Virus record (IMG/VR): IMGVR_UViG_2609459834_000002
Span: 1-18,246 of that record
From: a virus
Lineage: Duplodnaviria; Heunggongvirae; Uroviricota; Caudoviricetes
Strand: one strand, 5' to 3'
Length of the DNA stretch: 18,246 nucleotides
The notes beneath the pieces are model-generated. The model ran no database searches. It saw nothing but the letters and a program-made list of their open reading frames with translations, and had not been told where the DNA came from. A program made the translations under genes and the position numbers. Positions 1-7,979 of this stretch are shown here, piece after piece. Numbering within the stretch: position 1 is the first letter of the stretch; every line of letters begins with the position of its first letter.

Positions 1-286
1 TCACGGCACGTCGCCAGAACTCATAGGCCACGCACCACCGCTCAAGTACCGCCAGGTCAGTCACGCACAACAGGCCCTGACCGCAGAGTTCTTTGGTTGT
101 CAGTTGCCACATGATCGTGGCGAGAGGGAGATCTTCTTCAGCGAACCACTCCGGTGGCTCAACACCTTTGATGGGCGTAAAAACAGGTTCATCTTTGTTC
201 AGGGCTCGCTTGCCGGGGTTTCCGGCCAGCGCCTTGCGCGCCGTTGGCTTGGGGCGACGCCCGGAACGCCCCGCCGTTCCAGCCAT
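1..286 (-). CDS. Phage terminase small subunit (P27 family), N-terminal 95 codons; gene continues beyond the window start
   Basis: Minus-strand ATG at 286-284, open to position 1 with no stop. N-terminus MAGTAGRSGRRPKPTARKALAGNPGKRALNKDEP is the characteristic P27-family terS opening. Sits beside an HNH endonuclease, as in HK97-like packaging modules. Absent from the ORF track because it is truncated. Confidence 0.75.
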   Translation of the reverse strand, partial: MAGTAGRSGRRPKPTARKALAGNPGKRALNKDEPVFTPIKGVEPPEWFAEEDLPLATIMWQLTTKELCGQGLLCVTDLAVLERWCVAYEFWRRAV

Positions 287-411
287 ATGCGGCACTCCTG
301 GTTAAATTTCATTTTTCGCGGGTATAAAAAAACGATGGGGCGGGCAGTCCGGAAGACGTCAGGCCACAGGGATTTGCCCCGCCCCTCCCCTCAGGCAGTT
401 GAGAATTATTA

Positions 412-762
412 TCACTTTAGCCGTTCACGGGCCGTCTTCGTCTTATGGCACGACCAGCACAGGCTCTGCAGATTACTGTCTGCATCAGTGCCGCCATGCG
501 CTTTAGGAATGATGTGGTCAACGGTTTTCGCCTCACGCACCACACCAGCACGCAGACATAACTGACACAGGCCTTTGTCACGCTTCAATATGCGCACGCG
601 GATACTGTCCCACTTCGAACCGTAGCCGCGCTGATGACGGGATTGTCCAGGTTTGTATTGCTTCCAGCCTTCGCTTTTGTGGCTTTCACAATAGCCTGAC
701 GGATCTGTGGTGGTATGGCGGCAACCGCGAACACGGCAGGCTTTTGGGATTCGTGGCGGCAT
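412..762 (-). CDS. HNH endonuclease (terminase-associated)
   Basis: 116-aa ORF with Cys-rich N-terminus (CRVRGCRH...CESH) and HNH core motifs (DHIIPKAHGG...NLQSLCWSCH). Immediately upstream of terS, the established HK97-like arrangement. Confidence 0.85.
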   Translation of the reverse strand: MPPRIPKACRVRGCRHTTTDPSGYCESHKSEGWKQYKPGQSRHQRGYGSKWDSIRVRILKRDKGLCQLCLRAGVVREAKTVDHIIPKAHGGTDADSNLQSLCWSCHKTKTARERLK

Positions 763-1077
763 ATGTACTAATCTCCGATTTATCCAAATTTCACTGCCAT
801 AATGCCGACATTCTCTGCCATTATTGGCTCCGTTTATCCGTTAAAAGGGATATCAGTTAAGTTATCCCGTGCAGGGTATAAGCCATTGTCGAGACCACTC
901 ATTGAATGGCCTCTGCAATAACCGATGTCTTTCCATCAGTCCGCCACCACAAAGAATCTTTTTTGCCATAAGGCTGGAGGTTCATCTTTCAGTGGCTGCC
1001 AGTGTTATTTCCCCACTTACTGGCTTGGGTTGTTTCGCTGTACTGCCGTAATGCAAAAACTGGATTAACCTGCGAAA

Positions 1078-1608
1078 TCACACCATTCCGGGCAAATACA
1101 TTTGCACTTCATTTGCCGCTCTCTCACGTGCAACATGAAGCAATCTTTTTCGCCCACCAACGCCCCACTTAGCCATTTGGCTTGCGCACTGGCTTATCGC
1201 TTTGGTTTCAGTATTGATGATGTGATCGATTCTATTCAGACGGGACATTGCGCCAACGCCGAGACGGACAACCGTTTTGAAAACTTCATAAACTTCGATT
1301 TCAAATTCCGGCTTAATCCATGCTGCATATCTGATTGCCAGAAGTTCAACACCCCACACACCTGGTTCTGCACCACCTTTGATTATTTTAAGTGGCTGAA
1401 TTTGTTCCAAAGTGCTTTTTTGCACTTTGGCCTCCAGTGCTTTTATGAAGCGTTTTATCTGCGCGCTACGCAAAAACTGGCTTGGGCGCTGTTGCTCTGT
1501 AGCCTCTCCATTTGCAACTGCTGCTGCATGGAGATCGTTTAAGTTGTAGCGTCCATCCTCATCAACACGAACGGACACACCATTGACAATAACTGTTGGG
1601 TACTTCAT
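1078..1608 (-). CDS. KilA-N domain protein (moron between lysis cassette and packaging genes)
   Basis: ATG at 1608-1606 with AAGG RBS about 10 nt upstream. N-terminal VIVNGVSVRVDEDGRYNLNDLHAAAVANG matches the KilA-N signature and is paralogous to the N-terminus of the 5788-6597 product. Confidence 0.8.
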   Translation of the reverse strand: MKYPTVIVNGVSVRVDEDGRYNLNDLHAAAVANGEATEQQRPSQFLRSAQIKRFIKALEAKVQKSTLEQIQPLKIIKGGAEPGVWGVELLAIRYAAWIKPEFEIEVYEVFKTVVRLGVGAMSRLNRIDHIINTETKAISQCASQMAKWGVGGRKRLLHVARERAANEVQMYLPGMV

Positions 1609-1752
1609 CAGTAATTACCTTTTAGTGATGAACCTTGTCACACAGGATTCCGGCCCACAGAAAGGTACCGATCACCAAACCGGCATCCTCAAGGGTCATC
1701 CTGAAAGGTTCTGTGTTCATAAGTCGCGCGTGTGAAGCGCGTTTACTGCGGA

Positions 1753-1779
1753 CATAAAAAAGCCCCGCATCGCGAGGCT
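1753..1779 (-). terminator. Candidate rho-independent terminator after the lysis genes (minus strand)
   Basis: Imperfect 8-bp stem (1761-1768 agccccgc / 1772-1779 gcgaggct, one mismatch), 3-nt loop, followed on the minus strand by a U6 run (plus-strand A6 at 1755-1760). Lies about 30 nt downstream of the Rz stop. Confidence 0.45.
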
Positions 1780-1810
1780 CATTAAATGGACTTTGTGATT
1801 TGCAAAAAAA

Positions 1811-2272
1811 TTATTTCAGGCACTGAGCCCTGATGTACTCCTGCAGGTAGTTAACCTGCGCGGTTATCCTGTCTATTCCACTTCGGAGACGGTAATAATT
1901 GAGTTCAGCATCTGCTGTAAGTCTTGGGCTTTCTCCATCGCCCATGCTGCTGGCTCCGGTCGTTGACTTTGCACAGGTGGCGGAGACTTGCAGGCGCTTA
2001 CGACCAGCAGAAACATCAGCACGGAGACTTTCGATAGTGGCGTTAGCATCAGCAAGCTCCTTTGTATATCTGGCATCGAGTTCTGCTACGTCACGTTGAC
2101 GCTTCTGCATATCAGAGATCGTCGCCATAGCCGAATCTAATGCCATAGCGTTTTCATCGCGCTGTTTTTTGTATTCAATGGCTTTATTGTGGTAATGATT
2201 AGCTGACCAGACAAGACCACCAGCAATACAAGCAATAAACGTTAAAATGAGCGCCCAATAACTCGTCTTCAT
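1811..2272 (-). CDS. Rz-like i-spanin (inner-membrane spanin subunit)
   Basis: 153 aa with an N-terminal TM segment (YWALILTFIACIAGGLVW) and coiled-coil-like periplasmic domain. Start overlaps the endolysin stop (ATGA), and a +1-frame lipoprotein ORF is embedded, the hallmark of Rz/Rz1. Confidence 0.8.
   Translation of the reverse strand: MKTSYWALILTFIACIAGGLVWSANHYHNKAIEYKKQRDENAMALDSAMATISDMQKRQRDVAELDARYTKELADANATIESLRADVSAGRKRLQVSATCAKSTTGASSMGDGESPRLTADAELNYYRLRSGIDRITAQVNYLQEYIRAQCLK
1873..2049 (-). CDS. Rz1-like o-spanin (outer-membrane lipoprotein), embedded in Rz in the +1 frame
   Basis: ATG at 2049-2047 with GGAG RBS 8 nt upstream. About 20-aa signal peptide ending in lipobox VSAC, then a Pro-rich mature region (KSPPPVQSQRPEP). 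An alternative upstream ATG at 2076 is in frame. Confidence 0.7.
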   Translation of the reverse strand: MLTPLSKVSVLMFLLVVSACKSPPPVQSQRPEPAAWAMEKAQDLQQMLNSIITVSEVE

Positions 2273-2883
2273 ACCAGCAGCGCCGCCCGCGCCTTGTTGT
2301 ATCGAATCTTACGATCCTCAATACCGTTCAGACCGCCGTTAATGATGCGCGTAACACGATTAATATCGGCACCGTAGACCATGCAGCCTTTAGATGTGTA
2401 GAACCATGCAGCTGAGCGCGCGGCCTGTAGATCCTGCTCCAGTTGTTCAGGTGAAGTCACCAGATCTAACTTCAGCGCCGCGCCACAGATGCGATAATTA
2501 TGGAGGCCAGTGATTTGAATTAATCCTCTACCGCGATATTTCCAGCCATCACCGGGTGCTTTGTTACCCAGCCGGTTGCTATACACAAGATTGGCAATAG
2601 CATCCTGACGAGCTGCATGTCCGGATGTTCTGCCAAGGGCATCAGCCTGCTGCTGTGTGATCCTCTTTCCGAACGTCGCCACAAGCGCAGATGGTGTGTA
2701 GTTAAAATTTTCAACTACGGCGCTAAACCCCATCGACTCATGGCCTACCTGAGCAATAAACATTGCCTGATCCGCTGGTGCTGTAATGCCGAATTCCTTC
2801 ATCGCCGCATCAATGTGCGGAAACCAGCGCGCAGCCAGCCCGGCGCTAATACCAGCCGCCTTTTGAAATAATTGTTGGTTCAT
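2269..2883 (-). CDS. Endolysin, glycoside hydrolase family 19 (chitinase-like phage lysozyme)
   Basis: 204 aa with motifs typical of GH19 phage endolysins (FIAQVGHES, GRGLIQITG, YNKARAAL). Coupled to the upstream membrane-protein gene (TAATG overlap at 2883) and to Rz downstream (ATGA at 2269-2272). Confidence 0.85.
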   Translation of the reverse strand: MNQQLFQKAAGISAGLAARWFPHIDAAMKEFGITAPADQAMFIAQVGHESMGFSAVVENFNYTPSALVATFGKRITQQQADALGRTSGHAARQDAIANLVYSNRLGNKAPGDGWKYRGRGLIQITGLHNYRICGAALKLDLVTSPEQLEQDLQAARSAAWFYTSKGCMVYGADINRVTRIINGGLNGIEDRKIRYNKARAALLV

Positions 2884-3164
2884 TAGTGCCTCAGATGATC
2901 AACCAGACGTGCAACGTTGCCTCTTACGGCCACCAGCACGGAAAGAAAAATAGTGTTCGCCACGATAATGGGCCATGAGGAATGGGGATAAATCCCACAG
3001 AGATAGGCCAACGGAACAGCACTGTATGTAACAGTAATCAGCCAGGCTAAACGTGAAACCCAAGGACGATGCCGCGAATCACCACGACGATAAAACATCA
3101 GAGTAATAACAACACAAGCACATAACAGCGCATTTATAGTTGCTGTCGGGTCATTTAGCTCCAC
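2883..3164 (-). CDS. Small lysis-associated membrane protein (holin/antiholin-like, function unassigned)
   Basis: 93-codon ORF between holin and endolysin with two to three hydrophobic segments. The first codon is GTG at 3164, so the true start is uncertain. Overlaps the holin 3' end by 14 nt. Confidence 0.5.
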   Translation of the reverse strand: MELNDPTATINALLCACVVITLMFYRRGDSRHRPWVSRLAWLITVTYSAVPLAYLCGIYPHSSWPIIVANTIFLSVLVAVRGNVARLVDHLRH

Positions 3165-3537
3165 CTGAACCTCCCCGGCGCGTTATGAGCGCCACCAGCG
3201 AGCCGATATCCTGATTATTCAGGAACGTCAGGATTTTAACGGCTAAAGCAGAGACGATTACGGCACCAATAGCATCCAGAGGTTTATCACTGTATCCGGT
3301 CAAGTTCGCCAGCTTGGAGCCAACCAACCCAGAGCAAAGAATCCCGGCAATATATGACACGATAAAATATGCCAGTCGGCGCGATGCACTCAGATCTGCT
3401 GCTGTTGCTATGTAGAATACAGCCCCTGCAAATGCGCCAAATACAACGCCGTAATCAGTTCCGGTCAGCAGTCCATAAACACTGGCACCCGTCAGGGCAC
3501 CACCAGCCAGCCCAGTACCGGAAATCGGATCGGACAT
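3151..3537 (-). CDS. Putative holin (Gly-rich multi-TM membrane protein)
   Basis: ATG at 3537 with strong GAGGGGG RBS. 128 aa, glycine-zipper-rich hydrophobic segments, charged C-terminal tail. First gene of the lysis cassette downstream of the pR'/tR'-like unit. Confidence 0.65.
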   Translation of the reverse strand: MSDPISGTGLAGGALTGASVYGLLTGTDYGVVFGAFAGAVFYIATAADLSASRRLAYFIVSYIAGILCSGLVGSKLANLTGYSDKPLDAIGAVIVSALAVKILTFLNNQDIGSLVALITRRGGSGGAK

Positions 3538-3616
3538 TTAGCCCCCTCTTAATTGCTGTTGGTCCTCTCAGATATGAGGGGAAGGGATCTTAATGACAGT
3601 CTGTTTATTATTTCAG

Positions 3617-3874
3617 TCAAATACTACCCTGTTGATGATTTCTCAGAAGCGAACTTGACTCCCAAGGGAAACTCAACTTTCCGTTAAAACCACCAGCAGA
3701 CATTCGTTCAATTTCCACAGAAATATCACTGAGCCGTTCTTCAAGCTCTGCTTTTTCTTTTACCAGACGGTTATAGCGGCTTAGATGAAGCTTTTGCTGC
3801 TCCAGCCAGTCTTCAAGCTGTTCAACAGTCATACCAGGGTTAAAAAAATATGGCTGCTGCTTTTCGCCCTGCAT
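3617..3874 (-). CDS. Hypothetical small protein (85 aa), first ORF of the late transcript
   Basis: Track ORF 3617-3943 trimmed to the ATG at 3874-3872, which has GGAGG 6 nt upstream. The longer version would include the terminator hairpin. Predicted helical, acidic; no family recognised. Confidence 0.5.
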   Translation of the reverse strand: MQGEKQQPYFFNPGMTVEQLEDWLEQQKLHLSRYNRLVKEKAELEERLSDISVEIERMSAGGFNGKLSFPWESSSLLRNHQQGSI

Positions 3875-3892
3875 TATTGACCTCCAGAAAAG

Positions 3893-3914
3893 CAAAAACC
3901 CCGCCGAAGCGAGG
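3893..3914 (-). terminator. tR'-like rho-independent terminator downstream of Q (minus strand)
   Basis: Minus-strand RNA CCUCGC-UUCG-GCGGGG (6-bp stem including one G-U pair, UUCG tetraloop) followed by U5. Lies about 50-60 nt downstream of the candidate late promoter, as for lambda pR'/tR'. Confidence 0.5.
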
Positions 3915-3964
3915 TTTGTTATGATTTCGTTAACGGCAGACATACAAAGCCCATCGTTAGGAGA

Positions 3965-3993
3965 ATCCTAACCAGATTTTTTGAAAAATGCAA
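3965..3993 (-). promoter_or_regulatory. Candidate late promoter (pR'-like) with presumed qut region
   Basis: Minus strand: -35 TTGCAT (plus 3988-3993), 17-nt spacer, -10 TAGGAT (plus 3965-3970), directly downstream of the Q stop at 4025. Hexamers are only moderate matches; the position is what supports the call. Confidence 0.3.
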
Positions 3994-4024
3994 GAATCAT
4001 GTCGCTATCTTCGGCGAAAATCAT

Positions 4025-4777
4025 TTATCTCGTCACTTTTCTTAATTGCGCCTCAGCATATGCTTCTTCCTGCCAGCACTTTGTCACCAGTTTATCAATG
4101 ACATCTGCATATCCTTTGTACCACTGATAATCCGTCAGGTCTGGTACCAGCTTCTGGACATGATGCCGCGCCAGTGTGGTTGGTAAACGGCTAAACCGGT
4201 TTCCATTGCAACGCCCACAAATCTTATAAACAGGCATGCCATGAAGCCGGGTTCTTTTTTCATCCAGGACAATACCTTTGCCCTTACACCCTCTGCACGC
4301 TGTGCTGACTTCTCCCTTACCATGACAATGCTGACATAGTTCCTTCACCCACTCTTCCTTGATAACAGATTCCCCGTTTCTGGAGTGTTTCACCACTTCG
4401 CGCAATACATTATGAAATCCCGTACCTGCACAATGCTCACAGCGAGCCTTACTTGCCGCAGATCTGGAATAATCAGCAAAGGCAAAATTCACAAGGTAAG
4501 GAATGATCTGTAGCCGGGTTTCTTCACTCAATTTATTCAATGTCGGGTTATCCAGTGCCATCGCGTAATTGAGCAGACCTTCAATCGCAAACTGAGGATC
4601 CTGAACACCAACTTTTGCCAGGAATAAGGCAAACCCAAGCGGTGCTTTCGACTGCACCATCCCCTGCGCAGCCATCACATCCGTAATCGTTAAACCACCT
4701 GAGCCTGTCGCCGGTGCGTCATCGCTCAATTTTGGAGATTTTGGGGAGTAATATTTTGGTAAGGCTTCAAGGTTCAT
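4025..4777 (-). CDS. Late-gene antitermination protein Q (phage 21/82-like Q family)
   Basis: ATG at 4777 with GGAG RBS 8 nt upstream, after trimming a 14-codon in-frame extension. Contains CxxC...CxxC zinc-binding-like motifs (CEHCAGTG, CQHCHGKG, CRGCKGKG, CGRCNG) and sits immediately upstream of the late promoter and lysis cassette. Confidence 0.85.
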   Translation of the reverse strand: MNLEALPKYYSPKSPKLSDDAPATGSGGLTITDVMAAQGMVQSKAPLGFALFLAKVGVQDPQFAIEGLLNYAMALDNPTLNKLSEETRLQIIPYLVNFAFADYSRSAASKARCEHCAGTGFHNVLREVVKHSRNGESVIKEEWVKELCQHCHGKGEVSTACRGCKGKGIVLDEKRTRLHGMPVYKICGRCNGNRFSRLPTTLARHHVQKLVPDLTDYQWYKGYADVIDKLVTKCWQEEAYAEAQLRKVTR

Positions 4778-4790
4778 GCTCGTTCTCCAC

Positions 4791-5786
4791 TTACGCCAGT
4801 ACGCCAATTGCCAGCGCACGATCGATAAAACGAAATATCAGCTCCAGCTGGGAGCCATACTTCTCTTCAAATGCCACGGTATCCGCATGCAGCTCGTCGT
4901 GATGCTTTCTGCACAAAGGCAACACAAAGAGGTCATGCGCTTTTGTTCCCATTCCACCCTGACCGTGACCTATCAGGTGGTGGGGATCATCAGCAGGCTT
5001 ACCACAACATGCACACGGCTGTGTCTTAACCCAGCGCGTGTACTTTTCATTAACCCAGCGGCGACGTTTTGGGCGTAACATAAAAGACTCCGGCGACTCC
5101 GGATCCACTTTCAGCGCCAGCACCTTTTTCGCTTTATCCTGGATAATGCTGGTGGCAGGAACCGAAGGCACAAGGTCACTCTCCCGGGTGACAGACGGCA
5201 CAACAGGCTTCGGTAATCTCAGTGCCTTACGGGCTGCACTTTCCGGTAAGGCATCCGCCAGATCATTACGAACCAGCCACCAACACAGTTCCGGCATTGT
5301 CACAACGTGACTGTCATCAAAACCGAGATCCCGACGCACAACAGACAACACCCAGCGGGCACAGTTATCCGTTGCCATTGATTCCAGCCGTTCCGTGAAC
5401 TGATCGCGCAGCTGGTTATCGCAGTGCCAGCACAGACGGATTGCGCCCGGAGCGTGTCGCATTGTGGTCATGTTCTCGCTGTGCCAGTCGGAATGAGGCC
5501 ACTGGCAGCCTTTTTCACGAAGTAACCAGCTTTCAAGACATTCCACGCCACCAGCACGACGGATCACTGCCTCATTGCGGAACACGGCCCGAACGGCAGG
5601 ATCATCCGCCAGCGGTTGTGATGCCGCCGGAACGGCACCACTGGCGAAAGATGAATAACGTTCCGGCTCAGGCTCCAGCAGAACACGCCCCTGCATAAAC
5701 AGGGGCATCAGCTCTGAACCTGGCCTGAACAATACGATCCCCATACGCGGGGCAATTTCAGGGGTCAGTAGTGCTCTCACGGTCAC
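4791..5786 (-). CDS. DUF968-family protein (YdfU-like) with HNH-like C-terminal motif
   Basis: 331-codon ORF. C-terminus has CACCGKPADDPHHLIGHGQGGMGTKAHD...CRKHHDELH. Recalled as resembling the E. coli Qin-prophage gene upstream of its Q. The first codon at 5786 is GTG directly after the KilA-N stop, so the start is uncertain. Confidence 0.75.
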   Translation of the reverse strand: MTVRALLTPEIAPRMGIVLFRPGSELMPLFMQGRVLLEPEPERYSSFASGAVPAASQPLADDPAVRAVFRNEAVIRRAGGVECLESWLLREKGCQWPHSDWHSENMTTMRHAPGAIRLCWHCDNQLRDQFTERLESMATDNCARWVLSVVRRDLGFDDSHVVTMPELCWWLVRNDLADALPESAARKALRLPKPVVPSVTRESDLVPSVPATSIIQDKAKKVLALKVDPESPESFMLRPKRRRWVNEKYTRWVKTQPCACCGKPADDPHHLIGHGQGGMGTKAHDLFVLPLCRKHHDELHADTVAFEEKYGSQLELIFRFIDRALAIGVLA

Positions 5787-5787
5787 C

Positions 5788-6597
5788 TCAATGAACGGTA
5801 TCGAGCAGCTTTAACAGCTCAGGGAATCGGGATTCGAAGAAATGCGGCTGCGTCTCGCGCGGATTTGCAGGACTGGTGATGTTCTTGCCGAACATGCAGC
5901 CTTTCGCTGTCAGCGACCAGAATTTTTTGATGTTGTTAATCGCAGTGCGGCTGTATCGTTCACGTTGTTCAACGATCCCCAGCTTCGCCATCTGGTGATA
6001 TGCCTGATTAGCTGTCAGGCGGATACCATACTGCTTCAGCAGTGCACTCAATGATAGCGTGGGGCGGCTTGAGCCATCAGGCGCGTCAGCAGGAGCATCA
6101 ATGGCATAGCGTGGTGCCAGATTCGGTAAGCCAACAGCCTCCTGGAGTTTCTGACAGGCACCAAGCACAGATGAGTTAGACAGGTTTAATTCCCGACGCA
6201 TAAAGTCCAGCAGAATCACACCAGCCTGCATCTTGTCAGCAGCCTGCCCGGATAATTTTTCCGGTGCGCTGGTTACCATATCGAAAGTACGGATCACCTT
6301 CAGATGGAATGACGGGCTGATCCACATTGCATAGGCATACACCAGTTCCTTGCAGACATACGTTCCCCGTTCATTTCCCCCATGAATCACACTCACCGGG
6401 TCAACACCCAAATTCTGGGTGTTGGTCAATTCATGAACAAGCTCAACAGTTTGTTGGCTGGAAAGAAACTTTCCCGGCTCCTTGGTTCTGGCATTTGCAC
6501 CAGATGCTACTGCTGCGCGATGCAGATCGTTCAGGCTGTAACGCCCATAAGCATCACGACGAACTTCAATACCATCAATGACCATCAGATTATTCAT
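5788..6597 (-). CDS. KilA-N domain protein (antirepressor-like), second paralogue
   Basis: ATG at 6597 overlapping the RusA stop. N-terminal MVIDGIEVRRDAYGRYSLNDLHRAAVASG is a KilA-N signature; the 170-aa C-terminal domain is unassigned. Confidence 0.8.
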   Translation of the reverse strand: MNNLMVIDGIEVRRDAYGRYSLNDLHRAAVASGANARTKEPGKFLSSQQTVELVHELTNTQNLGVDPVSVIHGGNERGTYVCKELVYAYAMWISPSFHLKVIRTFDMVTSAPEKLSGQAADKMQAGVILLDFMRRELNLSNSSVLGACQKLQEAVGLPNLAPRYAIDAPADAPDGSSRPTLSLSALLKQYGIRLTANQAYHQMAKLGIVEQRERYSRTAINNIKKFWSLTAKGCMFGKNITSPANPRETQPHFFESRFPELLKLLDTVH

Positions 6598-7006
6598 ACT
6601 TCGTTTCTCCTCTTAATCGGGCGGCTGCCCCCGCCGTTTTCTCGTACTTACTGATAGTGATCTCGACCTTCCCTTCCGGGATAACCGGTCCCCACTCCAC
6701 CAGCATTCTTTTCACCTGACTGTCGTCTTCCCACACACCCGCGTGGGTCAGGGCGTCAAACAGCGCCTTGTTATAGTTGTCCAGATCGCGGATCCGGTTA
6801 TCCGGAGGAAACAACACGATCTCCACTGAAGCAGGTGCCGACGTTGGTTTCGGCAGACGACGTAACTGCTCAACTATTGCTGCGCACGCCGCGCTCTGAA
6901 ATTTTCGCCCCGCCGCGCTTATCAGGCTCTTACCAGCAAATGCCCCTTTATTGGGGTGTCGCCAGTACGTGTTCACGCTGGGCGGGAAAGGCAGGATCAG
7001 CTTCAT
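6590..7006 (-). CDS. rusA: Crossover junction endodeoxyribonuclease RusA (Holliday junction resolvase)
   Basis: 138 aa; N-terminal MKLILPFPPSVNTYW and RDLDNYNKALFDAL are RusA signatures. ATGA-coupled to the upstream gene. Confidence 0.9.
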   Translation of the reverse strand: MKLILPFPPSVNTYWRHPNKGAFAGKSLISAAGRKFQSAACAAIVEQLRRLPKPTSAPASVEIVLFPPDNRIRDLDNYNKALFDALTHAGVWEDDSQVKRMLVEWGPVIPEGKVEITISKYEKTAGAAARLRGETKYE

Positions 7007-7329
7007 ACTTTCAGGCCCCTCTCATGTAACCAGTGGGTTGCACGCAGCCTGGCGTTTTCCTCACCGGCAAGCAGTGAGCGGATAATCCCGACCGCCTCGC
7101 TGTCGTCGTCCTTCACCGCGGTATGAAGAGTGATACCCCGGGCCACGCCACGCTTTATCGTGATGACGCCTTTTTTCTCCAGTGCGCGAAGATGTTCCAC
7201 CGCTGCATTCACTGAACGGTATCCCAGCATGGTTGCCACCTCCTGATTGGTTGGCGGGAAGCCACGTTCTTTCTGGTAAGAAATCAGCATATCCAGCACC
7301 TGCTGCTGGCATTGAGTTAACGTCGTCAT
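7003..7329 (-). CDS. LexA-type N-terminal DNA-binding domain protein (no peptidase domain)
   Basis: 108 aa; LTQCQQQVLDMLISYQKERGFPPTNQEVATMLGYRSVNAAVEHLRALEKKGVI resembles the LexA winged-HTH. No S24 protease motifs. ATGA-coupled on both sides. Confidence 0.6.
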   Translation of the reverse strand: MTTLTQCQQQVLDMLISYQKERGFPPTNQEVATMLGYRSVNAAVEHLRALEKKGVITIKRGVARGITLHTAVKDDDSEAVGIIRSLLAGEENARLRATHWLHERGLKV

Positions 7330-7979
7330 GCCGCCATCTCCCTGACCAGTTTTTCCGCCTGCTGGCGAACCTGCGCCAGAAACGCCTCACCACATGCCTC
7401 AAGTTCATCACGCCCGATGTAGCTGATTGCCGGTCCCTTCCAGGTCTTGTCGAAAACAGCAATAGCACCAGCGAAGAAAGCGCCTGTCGGCACCTGCTTC
7501 TCGTCCTTCGGTATAAACCAGGCAGGCAGTTCAAAACCAATACGCCCGCGAATAAAAGCAATATGATCTGCATCTTCCGGCCACCACACTTCGCTGGTGG
7601 CCGCTTTGATCAGGAAAACATAGCGCCCGCCCTTATCACGCATGGCACTGGCATGTTTCATGATGTAACGCATGCCGGTGATGTATTGCCCCTCATGCTG
7701 ACTGGCGCGGCTGTATGGGGGATTACCAAAGGCAGCACCTTTAAGCTCCGCAAGACGTTCTGACCAGTCATGCGCCAGCGCGTTATCTTCCGCCGTGTAA
7801 TACGCGGCACATTTGGCGTTATCACCGTCAGTAAACAGATCCAGAACAAACGGGCCAAACAAGGTGTTAATTCCCCAGAAAATGTTATCCGGCGTGCGCC
7901 ACTGATCGCCCACTTCCTTCAGTTCATGGGCTGGTTTGTTCCGCAGTTCCACCAGCGCCTGGCAATATTTATTACTCAT
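7326..7979 (-). CDS. Phage DNA N-6-adenine methyltransferase (Dam family)
   Basis: Start assigned to ATG at 7979-7977 (MSNKYCQ...), which overlaps the upstream TAA as TAATG. Contains the catalytic NPPY motif (FGNPPYS). The track start at 8012 is an in-frame upstream extension. Confidence 0.85.
   Translation of the reverse strand: MSNKYCQALVELRNKPAHELKEVGDQWRTPDNIFWGINTLFGPFVLDLFTDGDNAKCAAYYTAEDNALAHDWSERLAELKGAAFGNPPYSRASQHEGQYITGMRYIMKHASAMRDKGGRYVFLIKAATSEVWWPEDADHIAFIRGRIGFELPAWFIPKDEKQVPTGAFFAGAIAVFDKTWKGPAISYIGRDELEACGEAFLAQVRQQAEKLVREMAA

Noticed and set aside
104-565. 153-aa plus-strand ORF (and 93-305) across the terS/HNH region
   Set aside because: Antisense to a well-supported terS N-terminus and HNH gene. 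Arg/Ser-rich low-complexity translation with no RBS; typical shadow ORF.
1102-1542. 146-aa plus-strand ORF inside the KilA-N gene
   Set aside because: Fully antisense to a KilA-N ORF with clear domain signature. Cys/Phe-rich composition, no RBS.
7061-7763. Long ORFs 7061-7573 (minus) and 7182-7763 (plus) overlapping the Dam and LexA-like genes
   Set aside because: Out-of-frame or antisense overlaps of two genes that carry clear motifs and coupled starts. Arg-rich compositions typical of GC-rich off-frame translation.
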